Assembly (NCBI GenBank): GCA_904063045.1
Contig: CAJFCJ010000001.1
Coordinates: 1,178,001 to 1,242,000, forward strand
DNA length: 64,000 bases
Direction of reading: 5' to 3'
Source of the DNA: Dimorphilus gyrociliatus
Taxonomy: Eukaryota > Animalia > Annelida
Positions 1 through 11,990 of the stretch are shown one piece after another. Each line of letters begins with the position of its first letter. Positions within the stretch are counted from its first letter, which is position 1. The translations under genes and the position numbers were made by a program. The notes beneath the pieces were generated by a model that searched no databases, was not told where the DNA came from, and worked only from the letters and a program-made list of their open reading frames with translations.

Positions 1-863
1 ATTTATAAATAGCGAATATTTTATCCATTATCAGATAATCAATAGAGTTTTATTTAACAACAGTAAGAGCAGGAGGGTGTGATCTGTTTATATATATCAT
101 TTTTTAAAAAAGACAACACAGAAACCTCCTGCTGCAAACATTCTCTCTATCCCTTATAAATGCGACATACTATATTATTAACTAAGCCATATACAATATG
201 ATAAGAGAAATAGCACCGCTTCTTAATTAACAAACTTAGTTCAATTACATTTGTAACAACAACACAACAAAAAAAAAGAGATGAAAACGAAAAACACAAA
301 ATTAATTCATTTATTTTTTTTTTTAAAAAACAAATATTATTTATTTATATTTATTTACTTTATTATTGTTTATTTAATTTAAATAACATCAAAAATCCAT
401 TTCGTTAGAAAGAATAAAGCATAAAAAGAAAGATTCTCTTGAAGATTCTTTTTTTTTTTTTTTGCTCTTTAAGATAAAGAGGCATGCAAAAATAAAAAAA
501 AAACGAATAAAAACTAAAAAAGAGAAGATGAATGGTAGAATTGATAATAAAGATATGCGTTACATAGATGCAGGGTATCTATATTTAGAATTGTTTCTCT
601 TTTTCTTTCTTGTGATTACATTTTTACTTTATAAAAAGTGTTTGTTATTGTTTCCGTTTTCTTTTGTTTAATTTATAAGTGATTACAACATTTTATATTT
701 TGAAAAAAATGAACTTTTCATGAATTTATAAGATAAATTTATTAAATTTCACTTATATAATCATTGAATAATGCTTGAAACAAGTAATAATATTCTGAAA
801 TCTACTTGTCTAACTGCCTCGTGTTTTAGTAATTACAAGGCTAGTTCGAGAATAAGTGAATAT

Positions 864-1423
864 ATGGCAGAGTATAAAGATCCAAAGAAACGTGTTAGGC
901 CTGTTACAACTTACAAAGAATTTCCTGATGTTCAGGATAGTTACGAAAATCAACCTGTCGGTGGAAGAGTTCAAGTAAATGTTTACTAAATTATCTTCAC
1001 TAAAAGCTCTTTAACGTTAAATTATATAACATCTTTTAGGAGAGATATAGACAATTTATTAAGAGGAAATTAGCTGAAGAGAAGAAAGTTAAGAAAGAGG
1101 AATCATCTCATGAAATATACTATTTGGATCCGTATCAGCATAGATCGCATCCTGAATCTATGTACCATATAGCAAAAAGCTACTACAAATCTAATCTACC
1201 ACATTGTAACATTGCTAGTTGCAATTATCCTTATCTAAAAACGTTTAACAGTACAAATCAATCAGAGAATGAAAATTGCGCAACAAAGCAAGTGAATTTT
1301 ACCAACAATAGTCATTATTATCCCTGTAAGACAAATCATACTTTAAATAGACACTCGAATACTCATTTATGTAAAAACTCTCTTAATTATAAAATAAATT
1401 CGCCTACTTGTCACAAAAGATGA
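864..1423 (+). CDS. Uncharacterised ~165-aa protein, 2 exons (864-974, 1040-1423)
   Basis: ORFs 771-989 and 1124-1423 join in frame across a 65-nt phase-0 GT-AG intron (975-1039). No family motif recognised, and the start codon is uncertain (771 or 864). Confidence 0.55.
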
Positions 1424-1735
1424 AGATTTTAGGCTAAAATCTAGGCTAAAGAGTAAATTATAAAAGAATGAATATATTTATATATACTTAAAAAGTGCAT
1501 AATGCGTTCTATACAGTTTTCTTTACAAGCTGAATAAATAAAATGTTAATAAAGAAACCGTTGATATAATAAATCAATAAGAAAAAACTAACTTTACTAA
1601 GATAACAAATGTATTAAGATACATTATACTGTTATTTTCAATAGATATTTAATATAGCAAACAATTTTGTATCAGTTATATAATAATTAATAATATGACA
1701 TCTTTATATTATTTAAATAATTAGAAGAGAAAGAA

Positions 1736-2447
1736 ATGTCAAATAGATTTACTAAGTCTAAATTAAATGATAAAAAGTCATTAAAAAGTAATAAATATAA
1801 CATTATTAAGTATTTCCATAAAATTTAATAAAACTCTTTAATTTAATTAATAAGACAGTGGAATATCTAGTTCTCAGGAGCCTCGTCTATCTACTCAACA
1901 ATATACAGTCTTTCAACAGGCCTGGAATTTAATTGATACAGAAAAGAAGGGATCCTTAAATTCTGCAGATCTAATGAAAGTTATCGGTAAATTTTCAGAA
2001 AAGATGAAACTTCAAAGCTGGAAATTTCCTGTCAATGAAAAAGATGTTGAATTATTTATCGAATCATTAGATGTAGATGGTAATAAAGAGTTGGGATTTG
2101 AGGAGTTTTGTCAATGGATGGCTTTTAAAATTGATAAACTACCACCAAAGCAAATTAAAGCAATACAAAATGAGGAAATAGAAGTCTATCGTATGGCATT
2201 TAAAGATATTGACCAAAATCAAGACGGTCATATAACATTTATAGAATTTAAAACGTATTTACATAATGTCCTTGAAGAACCTCTCAGCGATTTACAAATC
2301 AGAAATCTTATGAAATTAGCCGATTCTGACAATAATCAATTAATTAGTGAAGAAGAATTTGTTGATGCAATGCGCAAAGGCGGTACTACAGTTACAGTAC
2401 CTTCTCCTATTGTTAAATATTCAAAAACTGATTATTTTGACAGATAA
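1736..2447 (+). CDS. Calmodulin-like four-EF-hand protein
   Basis: ORF 1974-2447 extends upstream in frame to an acceptor at 1857-1858. Loops are DTEKKGSLNSAD, DVDGNKELGFEE, DQNQDGHITFIE and DSDNNQLISEEE. A putative first exon (ATG 1736, MSNRFT) joins via a phase-2 intron. Confidence 0.8.
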
Positions 2448-3049
2448 ATATTAGTTGCACTGAATAAACTATTCTATTTGATCAATAGAAATTTTCTTTC
2501 AGTAGTCTTCATTTGGAGTAAAAAGATATAAAATACATCTGAAATGAATCGGGCACCGCCCAACTTTCTCTTAATAGAATAGTTTTCTAACGTGACGAAA
2601 AGTCAAAAGATCCTATTTTCTTTTATTCAATGTACCTTAATAAAGTATATTTTCATTAATTTTTCCAAACATTATATTAAATCTTCATTAATATAGGCAA
2701 GGAACACACAGTTCATTCAATATTCTAATACTTAACTTACTATCTAGTAATACTTTGAAATGGTGAAGAAAGCTGTTACAAAATTATAATAACTGACAAA
2801 AACAACTATTTAGATTTTTCTATTTAGTTCTTGATTAAATTTAAAAAGTTATGATAAAGGATTAATAGTAAATTTTGGGCTATTTTAAGTGGACATCCCT
2901 AAATAAAAAGATAGGACAGGTTCGGAAGAAGCATGTTTTTTAAACTGGGTACCATGTCCCTCTCCCATTGAACGAGTGGTTGTTAAATATATATCTCGAG
3001 CCAGTTTACCGCGTCATTTCCTGAGGAGACTATCGAAGCACGAACCGCT

Positions 3050-4466
3050 ATGAATTTTCGTTTAATCTTTCTTCTATGTCTCTTTTACAGTCAATATATT
3101 TCGTGTGAAAATTATTTAAAAAGAGAGCATTCTTTAGTGAAACCTTACCAAGGTACCATTTATTTTCATACTTTTTATTGTAGATGTATGACGAATCTTT
3201 AGGACAAAGCAGACGATGTCGGTGTTCGCTTTTTTAGTTATTTTTTCACTTATCACTTAGATGGGAAGTGGGATTTTGTTGGCAGTACCATGGTTACCAA
3301 TAGTTATATACGATTAACTCCTGATCACCAGAGTAGACAAGGCGCTATATGGAATAATATTGTAAGTGTTACTTGTAATTTACACATAACCTTTTCACTT
3401 TTTATTTTTTATTCAAATAGCCTAACACTATACCAGACTGGGAACTTCATGTTAGTTTTAAAGTTCATGGAACTGGAACTGATTTATTTGGAGATGGGAT
3501 GTCGATTTGGTATACCAAAGAGAGACTACAATTAGGTTAGTTAACTCTCTTTTATAGAATCTCATTCACACGACACGTCTGTTTTAGGACCTGTATTTGG
3601 AAATAAAGATTATTTTAATGGATTGGGCGTCTTCCTGGATACATACAGCAACCACAATGGACCACATAATGTTAGTTGGATAACATACTTCTTTCGTAAA
3701 ACGCCATCTGGCAAACATTACTTTTTATTGATAGAACTGTATTCATTAAAGTGCTTGAACACTTACAAATTTAAAATTTGTTTACACAGCATGGCCATCC
3801 TTATATATCTGCTATGGTAAACAATGGCACTGGACATTATGATCATGACAAAGATGGAACACACACGGAATTATCTGGATGTGAATCCCATTTTAGAGGC
3901 GCAGATACAGATACACTTATTGCTATTCGATACTTGAATAATAAACTAGTTGTGTCAACTGATATTGAGGGAAAAAATGAATGGAGAGAGTGTTTCTCTG
4001 TAGAGGGTGTTCGTTTACCAACTGGATATTATTTTGGAGCATCAGCTGCAACAGGAGACTTAGCCGATAACCATGATATTATATCGATGAAACTTTACGA
4101 ACTTGAGGGAAATCGAAAGGTAACTGAAAGAAAATATTTAATATCAAATAGAATATTGACTGCAGCTCTTTAAATATAAATTATTTCCTATTTAGGAAGG
4201 TGAAGACTTTTCCAAAATTTCACCAGAGGCAGACTTTTTTGTTCCCCCTAGAGGTAAATCACTTCTAAATGTAAACACATTCAGCCTAACAGAGATTCTC
4301 ATAAATCATTCCAGATCACATTGATGATGCCAAGCCGTCTTCACTCTCTGGATGGAAATTATTTTTCCTAATTGTTATCGGTTTAGTGGGAGTATCAGTC
4401 TGTGCCATGATTGGTTTTGTAATTGTTACTAAAAGAGCAGAAGACCAGCGAAAGAGATTTTATTAG
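3050..4466 (+). CDS. LMAN2: VIP36/LMAN2 L-type lectin, multi-exon
   Basis: Signal peptide, EHSLVKPYQ, WDFVGSTMVTNSYIRLTPDHQSRQGAIWN, FLDTYSNHNG, GYYFGASAATGDLADNHDI, a TM helix and the C-terminal KRFY motif. Confidence 0.92.
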
Positions 4467-4802
4467 AACATTGGTGATAGAACAATTTTTTACTTTCGAA
4501 GCAAAATTTGTTGTGATGCGGTGCTCGCTCAAAAAATAACAACTCTTTAAAATACTTGTTCAAAAAACAAATAATGTTTATTCGGCGAAAATATTATGCA
4601 CATTTTGAAATACCTGTGAAAAATCAAGTATTTCTTGATTGTAGGCAAGTTTATTAGAGAAATGCTTGTTTTTTTTAATACTTTGAATCATTTTTTTCTT
4701 TTTTTTTCACAAAAATTATAGCTGCTCTGTCGAATAATACTTCAAAAAAACAAAATAAGTTTCATAATCAAAAAATGAGACGCTTAAAATACAATTCACA
4801 GT

Positions 4803-5471
4803 TTAATTCGCGTGATTCAGAACACTAACACTAACACTAAGACCTCCAAATCGAGTCTTTCGTCTTTTCATATTTGTTCGATTAAGTTTTTCTATCTTTT
4901 TCTTTCTATTAGGATCCTCGTGAGCACAATCCTCTATTTCTGTATAATCACTATCAGAATCAGTTTTACCTAAACTAGAATTATCTGAACTAGATAAAGC
5001 CGATTTGAACATCCCAAGATCCCTTCTCATGGAGCTATGATTTAATCTCTTCCTATATTTGAGAATAATATTAATAAATTAAATCTTATTTATAGAATGT
5101 AATATTTACCTTTTATGCCCCATTGGTGATTTACATATTTGCTGCCAATCTTCGAGTGATAAGTCCTCGTGCAAGCCCATTGCGAAATGAGTTACGATAG
5201 GCCTAACGTCAATTTTATTATATAACATTGTCATCCTTGTTCGTACTAGAACAGTGTCCGGAGGCGCTTTAAAAGGACCGACAGGAATCCTATCTGTTTT
5301 GCCGTGTTCTTTTATTGCTTGAATACGAAGTTTCCGCCTTTGATATTTTTCCCTATTTTCCCAATGATAGTGAAAGAACGAAACAGCGAAAATGGCCAAG
5401 ATGATGAAAGTTAAACAGGAGTAACTGGCTACAAATTCTAATGCCAGACGATCGTCGCTCGAATTTGTCAT
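4803..5471 (-). CDS. Uncharacterised single-pass membrane protein (~200 aa), 2 exons
   Basis: ORFs 5106-5471 and 4803-5030 join via a phase-2 intron (AG|GTAAAT ... ATAG|C). N-terminal hydrophobic helix, then a basic stretch and a Ser/acidic tail. Confidence 0.65.
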
Positions 5472-6063
5472 TTCTGGCCTAAAGCCAGATATGAATTATT
5501 GTTTGTGAGGAAAGTTGAATGACAGTCGCAATACTATCATATCGATCTTAATTGACAAATCACTTGCGAAAAAGTACTTTCTAAAGCCGTAATAATATAA
5601 TACTTGTATTCTTATTACACAATTTCTTCTTAAATTGTATTGGATTTAAGAGATTAATTTATTATTAGAACAGTAGTTATCTTTATATAACTTTTTTATA
5701 TTATCATTTCAATAAGGAAGATGTGCCTGTCTTTTAAAAAAAACTTATTTTTTTCACATAATATTTTATTTACAGTTTTAGAGGAGTATCTAATTTGGTT
5801 GTCAATGTCAAATATGCCGCCAAATATCCGGTAACCGGTTTATTATTCTTATACCGGTCACTCGCAAATCGGTAAAGCAATCACGCGTCTATTCGGCGAA
5901 ATACTTGAATTTTTCCTGAAAGTAGGAGGTATAATGACATGATTTATTATGCACAATTATAGGCAGGCTAACCTAGTTCAAATTTGCTTAAAAATATAAT
6001 CATTTATAGTGAGCTTTAGGCTATAGTCTTTTTCAATATCAGGAATATTCCAGAATTTTCGAA

Positions 6064-7509
6064 ATGGATCATAAACAGCTACAGCAACTAAAACAGTTTA
6101 TTCAACTATGCCAAACTGATCCAGATGTACTGTACCAACCGGAATTACAGTTCTTTATGTCGTATTTAGAGAGGTATAATCATATTATGCTAAATATTTG
6201 GGTTGAAATTAGAACGTCAACAGCCTAGGTGCTAAGATTCCACCAAAATCACAGACCGCAACCAATAAGGAAAAGACTACTGAATCAAAGGCTGAGCCTA
6301 CTCCTGTACCTGAACCTGAAGACGAGAGTGAAGAGAGTGAACTTGAATTAGACACTGAAGGTGTTATACCGGGAGATGACATTGTTGATCAGGAAATGGG
6401 TGATGCTTCGGTTGAAGTTACGGAAGAGATGATGGATCAAAGCTCAGACTTGAGATCACAGGCTTTGTCTGCTGTTTCAGACGGTAACTGTGATCTGGCT
6501 ATTGAATTATTTTCCAAAGCTATTAAGTTAAATCCTAATTCGGCTATCCTCTTTGCGAAGAGAGCAAGGTAATATCAAGTCAATTTAGCATATGTTGAAC
6601 TATATAAGTGTTACTTTTTTGCAGTGTATACATTAAACTCCAAAAACCGAATGCAGCCATTCAAGACTGTAATAAAGCTGTTAGCATCAATCCTGACTCA
6701 GCTCAGGGCTTCAAATGGCGAGGAAGAGCCCATGCGTAATTTTTTATTTTTATATTTAATATAAAATATCAAGTTTTGCATTACATCGTTAAATTTTTCA
6801 GATTACTTGGAAAGTTTGATCTTGCTCAAAAGGATTTAGCAACAGCTGTCAAACTGGACTACGATGATCAAGCTAATGAATGGCTTAAACAAGTTCAGCC
6901 TAACGTAACGTATTGTCTTTAAATCTTCCCAGTATTTACTAATTTTTTATTATGCAGGCAACAAAAATAGCTGAGCACAATCGTAAAAGAGAAAGAAAAC
7001 AAGAAGAAAGACTATTAAAGGAACGTCGTGAAAGAGTTAAACGTGCTCAAGAAGAAAGAGAAAAGGCAAGGAAAGAACAAGAAGAGAGAGAAAAGGCTGG
7101 TATGGGTGGTATGCCGGGTATGGGAGGAATGCCAGGAATGGGAGGAATGGGAGGAGGAATGCCAGGAATGGGAGGAGGAATGCCAGGTATGGGAGGAATG
7201 GGTGGCATGGAAGACATTTTCTCGAAGCTACTCTCAGACCCAGATATTGCTTCTGCTTTCAAAGATCCTGAAGTATCAGCTGCTTTTACGGATATCTCTC
7301 AAAACCCCTCCAATATCAACAAATACAAAGATAATCCAAAAGTTCAAAAACTTTTGGAAAAATTAACTGGAAAAATGGGTGGTGGAATGCCTGGTGGTAT
7401 GCCAGGTGGTATGCCAGGTGGTATGCCAGGAGGATTTCCAGGAGGATTTCCAGGAGCTGGTGGAGCTGGCCAGAATACAGGAGTTCCTGACATGCCCGAT
7501 ATCGATTAA
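6064..7509 (+). CDS. ST13: Hsc70-interacting protein (Hip), multi-exon
   Basis: N-terminal dimerisation segment ([18 protein letters not shown]), acidic linker, TPR repeats ([17 protein letters not shown]), charged region, GGMP repeats and STI1 domain. Confidence 0.95.
7099..7455 (+). repeat. Coding GGM(P)G tandem repeats of ST13 (blocks ~7099-7209 and ~7378-7455)
   Basis: Repeated ggaggaatgccaggaatg / ggtggtatgcca units encoding GGMPG, as in Hip/Hsc70. Confidence 0.9.
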
Positions 7510-7529
7510 ACTTGAAACAACATAAACAT

Positions 7530-8498
7530 TTATAAATCATCATAACTCCCCGTTATATACCCTATGATTAATTCACATAGTTCATGTCCTATAAATTTTT
7601 CTAATGTCTGTTCTATTACGTCTGGACGAAAATCACTACCGATTAATATTTCGTTAAGGAACGGATAATTAATTTCTTTGTGCAGTAGCTTGAAATCAGA
7701 AATTTTTCCTTTAACGACTTTTATCGTTAGATGATGGAGTCCAAGTGATGTGTTAAAGTCTTTAACAATAGTAAAAGCGGGAGAAAAACCATAAATCCAA
7801 TTCCAACTTTTTATTTTCTCTCTTTCGTATTTTACACCTTCAACTTCGTTTGGATCGATTATTTCTACTTTAGACTGAGGAGAGACTTTTCTTGATATAC
7901 AATCTATGATTGACTCCATGTTCAAACTAGGTGCCATTGAACATGTTAAGTTAGTTACTTGACTACGAATACTTTTGGTAGATTTCGACTCTATATTTAT
8001 TTTATTTTTAAGAGCCATGCTCATATTAAGTAAATCTGCGTTAACCAGTAAAGTTAGGTGATGATAAGCGTGCTCTCTGTCTAATTTAGAGGCCGTGCCA
8101 GAAACCTTGTATCCAAACATTTCAATGTCATCTCTATCAGTTGGATAAATATCTAAATCGGGCCACATATCTTGAACTGCGGAGCAAATAAGTTTTAAGT
8201 TCTTTGGTCGATCATACTCTTTCCTAGATGTATAAAAGGTACAATTGAGGTTTCCCAAGTCATGATATACAGCACCACCTCCACTTTTCCGTCGGGCAAT
8301 TGGAATTTTATTTCTTTCTAAATAACTTATATCGCATTCTAGCCATGGGTTTTGATGACGACCAATGACAACACAGGGATGATTTTGCCAGAGTAAAAGA
8401 GAATTGCCTAATTTCCCATTCATTAAGTCTTCATATGCAAGATTTGTATAAATATCTTGACTAAGCGAAAATATTACTCTCGATTTTCTTAGCGACAT
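7530..8498 (-). CDS. LIPT1: Lipoyltransferase 1, single coding exon
   Basis: LWQNHPCVVIGRHQNPWLEC, RRKSGGGAVYHDLGNLNCTF, KVSGTASK and HHLTLL motifs of the LplA/LIPT1 family. Confidence 0.92.
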   Translation of the reverse strand: MSLRKSRVIFSLSQDIYTNLAYEDLMNGKLGNSLLLWQNHPCVVIGRHQNPWLECDISYLERNKIPIARRKSGGGAVYHDLGNLNCTFYTSRKEYDRPKNLKLICSAVQDMWPDLDIYPTDRDDIEMFGYKVSGTASKLDREHAYHHLTLLVNADLLNMSMALKNKINIESKSTKSIRSQVTNLTCSMAPSLNMESIIDCISRKVSPQSKVEIIDPNEVEGVKYEREKIKSWNWIYGFSPAFTIVKDFNTSLGLHHLTIKVVKGKISDFKLLHKEINYPFLNEILIGSDFRPDVIEQTLEKFIGHELCELIIGYITGSYDDL

Positions 8499-8607
8499 TC
8501 CTCATATAATGTTTGAGCTCAATATAAAAAGAAGAAGAGCCAAAACCATGCAGTAAGTTGATACAGAGTACCAGTTTTTACTTCCATTTAGCACCGGTAC
8601 TGAGATA
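8499..8607. promoter_or_regulatory. Putative bidirectional promoter / overlapping 5' UTRs of LIPT1 and UBA2
   Basis: Divergent start codons are separated by only 109 nt. Confidence 0.6.
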
Positions 8608-11247
8608 ATGGCGGTAAACTGTGCTAATTTGCTTCCTATAGAATTATGCGAAAAAGTGAAAAACTCCAAGGTTTTCATGGTCGGTGCCGGAGGTATTGGA
8701 TGTGAACTATTAAAAAACTTAGTTTTAGTTGGATTTCCTTACATTGAAATCGTAAGTAAACTGAAAAAACTCTAAAATATTTTTTAACTATACCATTATC
8801 GATGAGTTCGTTATTTTCGTCTTCAACGAATGCAGATTGATCTGGACACAATTGATGTTAGTAACTTAAACAGACAGTTTCTCTTCAGAAAAGAACACGT
8901 TGGAAAGTCTAAAGCTGAAGTGATTATCATGTTAAACCTATAAGACTCTCCAAATCTCTACTAATTATTTGTTCTTCAGGTTGCAAAAGAATCGGCCTTA
9001 AAGTTTAATCCTAATACCAAAATCATAGCATACCAGGATAATATTAAAAGGTAGGTGAATGCTTGAGTATGTCTTGTTTATCTTTATTAATAAATAATTT
9101 ATTTTCAGTGATAAATATGATGTTGATTTTTTCAAGAAGTTTAATGTCGTCCTTAATGCTTTGGATAATAGAAGTATTGTATTATATATTCCAATGATGC
9201 AAGTTCTAATTCTGTCATTTTTAACGCTAAATTAGGTGCAAGAGTACACGTGAATAGAATGTGTCTTGCTGCTGACATACCCCTGATTGAAAGTGGTACT
9301 GCTGGTTATTTGGGTCAAACAACTCTTATTAAAAAGGTAATTTTCCATTCTCCCATGAAAGTCCTTAACTTGTTTTCAAACAGAACTTATCAGAATGCTA
9401 CGAGTGTACTCCTGTTAGTGGACAAAAGTCATATCCCGGCTGCACAATTCGTAATACACCTTCAGAATTAATTCACTGTATAGTTTGGTCGAAACACTTA
9501 TTTAAGTAAGATATGCCATAAAAGTTCAGGATATTTTCATTTAGCTTTTCAATTTTTAGTCAGCTTTTCGGTGAGGCAGATGCTGACGAGGAAGTTTCTC
9601 CAGACACAGAGGACCCTGAAGCTGCAGGTGATGCTGGAGAAGCTGTCCAAAAAAATTTGGACTTTGAACGTGTAAGCACAAGGAAATGGGCAAAAGAGAA
9701 TGATTATAATAATTTAAAAGTTTTTACTAAAGTGAGTAATTTGCGTCTCTATTCAGGAAATGTTCGAATAATTTTAATTTGAAAACTCTTACAAGCTCTT
9801 TCATGACGATATAAAGTATCTATTATCTATGACAAATTTATGGACGGAACGAACTCCTCCTAAACCATTAGTGATAAGCGAATTATCAGATACTCAGGGT
9901 TCGGCTCAATACCATTTTAATATAAGTAATTAATTTAGTACGCTTATAGACAATCAGTCAAACGTTATACCTGATCAGCGAATATGGTCTATAAAGGAAT
10001 GTTTTGATAAATTTTCCAATTGCTTGAAAGAATTGAAAGAACGTATTAAAGACGATGAAAACCTAATCTGGGATAAAGTATGATTTTTGTTGATGTTTGA
10101 TATTGTTTTGAAAAGTAATTGTCATCAAATTTTCAGGATGATGATATTGCAATGGATTTTGTAACTTCGGCTGCTTGTATTCGCGCTCATATATTTGGTA
10201 TTCAACGAAAAAGTAGATTTGACATAAAATGTTTGTATTGTTTTTCCAAAAGAGTCATTAAATAAGTTAAGTACATAAAAATCTATTTAAAGCTATGGCT
10301 GGAAATATTATTCCTGCAATTGCTTCAACAAATGCTATAATAGCAGGCTTGGTTGTTTTGCAAGCCCTAAAGGTAGTTCAGGGAAGAGCTAAGGATTGTA
10401 GACATGTAAGTAAGGTAACTTGAATAAAAGCAACAACGTTGCAATCAATGTTTTAAAAAAGATCTACATGAATCTGATGCCAAATCCAAGAAATAAGTTA
10501 CCAGTCTCGGGCTATTTATGCGAACCAAATCCAAAGTGTTATGTTTGTTCGAAGTCTTCGATTGCAGTCCGTCTTGCTCCAGAAAACATCACACTCAGAT
10601 TTTTTCAAGATAAAGTTTGTATGTGATTACTTGTTCTCATCTTATAGAAAAATTCATTTTATAGATATTAAAAAGTAGTCTTGGCATGGTTGCTCCGGAT
10701 GTTGAATTAGATGATGGAAAAGGTATTTTTGTTTGTATTGGTACAAAATAAAAATAATTAAAGTATATCTAATGAAATTGAATATCACTTTAAGGTACTA
10801 TTGTAATATCCAGTGAGGAAGGAGAAACAACTGAAAATATGGACAAAACATTGTCAGAGTTCAGTATCAAAAATGGAAGCCAATTAAAATGTGATGATTT
10901 TCTCCAAAGATATGAAGTTACAATTGTCATAGCAGAAGCGTTAGTTTTTTCTATAAAAATATATTTTATCACACTAAATTGAAATATTTTTCAGTTCAAA
11001 AGAGGATCTACCAGAGGATCAAGAGTTCGAAGTAGTTGGAGACATTGAACAACTTAAATCAAAGAAAGACGACGTTCAGAACGAAAACGGGAAAAATGGA
11101 AAGAATGAAAAAGACGACACTGACTTCCTTGAGGTGATATCTGATGAGGAGATGGAGGTATCTGAACCAAAAAAGAGAAAGGCTGAAGACGATAACGAAG
11201 TGCCTAGCGGAAAGAGATTGAAAACAGACGCAATTGAAATTGAATAA
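8608..11247 (+). CDS. UBA2: SUMO-activating enzyme subunit 2, ~15 exons
   Basis: [34 protein letters not shown], catalytic [35 protein letters not shown] Zn site, Ubl domain and basic C-terminal tail. Confidence 0.95.
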
Positions 11248-11401
11248 GAACTTTATTTAAACATTTTTGCAGATCAACCATTAGGATGTAAACCTCATTC
11301 ATTAATACAATCAAGTCATTTGAATGCGTTGCTAGAATTTCAAAATTGAAAAAACGTAGCTTCGAAATCTTAGAATATTCGTCACCATCTTTGAGATATA
11401 G

Positions 11402-11839
11402 CTAAAAACCTACAATTGATTCTACCTTTCTCTTGGCTTGATCCGCATAATCGAAATTATGAAATCCATATATTTGCTTCAAGTCCGATATATCTATTCC
11501 TTCTTTCTCTATCTTTTCAATATCTTGACGGATTTCATCACTCTCTTGAGTCAGCTTAAAATTTCTTGCTCTCATTGTAACTTTTACCTTATTAGTATCA
11601 TTCATTGTTGCTTTTAAGAACTTATCTTTTGCTCTCAATTCGCATAGCTCATCTTTGATTTTCGTCCATTCGAATTTGTTTAAATAATTGTGGATTCTCT
11701 CACGCTGTATTTGCTTTTTAAGTTTAAAAATTTCACTTCTCATTTGAGCCATTGATCTTTCATTCTTTATCTTCATTCGAAAAGCATTTTCTAAAGTTGT
11801 CTGCTGAGCGATTGTATCTTGGCGGTGAGAATTTTCCAT
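11402..11839 (-). CDS. Uncharacterised coiled-coil protein (~145 aa)
   Basis: Open ORF with first ATG at 11839 and heptad-like charged composition. No recognised family. Confidence 0.55.
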   Translation of the reverse strand: MENSHRQDTIAQQTTLENAFRMKIKNERSMAQMRSEIFKLKKQIQRERIHNYLNKFEWTKIKDELCELRAKDKFLKATMNDTNKVKVTMRARNFKLTQESDEIRQDIEKIEKEGIDISDLKQIYGFHNFDYADQAKRKVESIVGF

Positions 11840-11990
11840 ATTCAGATTATTGTCTTCAAGTGGCGGCCTTTCCAAAGTTATATTTGAATGTAATAAACGC
11901 AAGATTATTTTTTGAATAAAAGTTTTTTTGACTCATTTTAATAATTGAAATGTTTTAAATAAGTAAACTTTACAAAACAAAAAAAAAACA

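Noticed and set aside
462-671. 69-aa ORF in low-complexity A/T-rich sequence
   Set aside because: Homopolymer-driven Lys/Phe composition and a non-ATG start; more likely UTR or intergenic.
3202-3216. 15-nt phase 1-1 candidate exon in LMAN2 intron 1
   Set aside because: Weak donor (GTCGGT), and the downstream intron would be only 44 nt.
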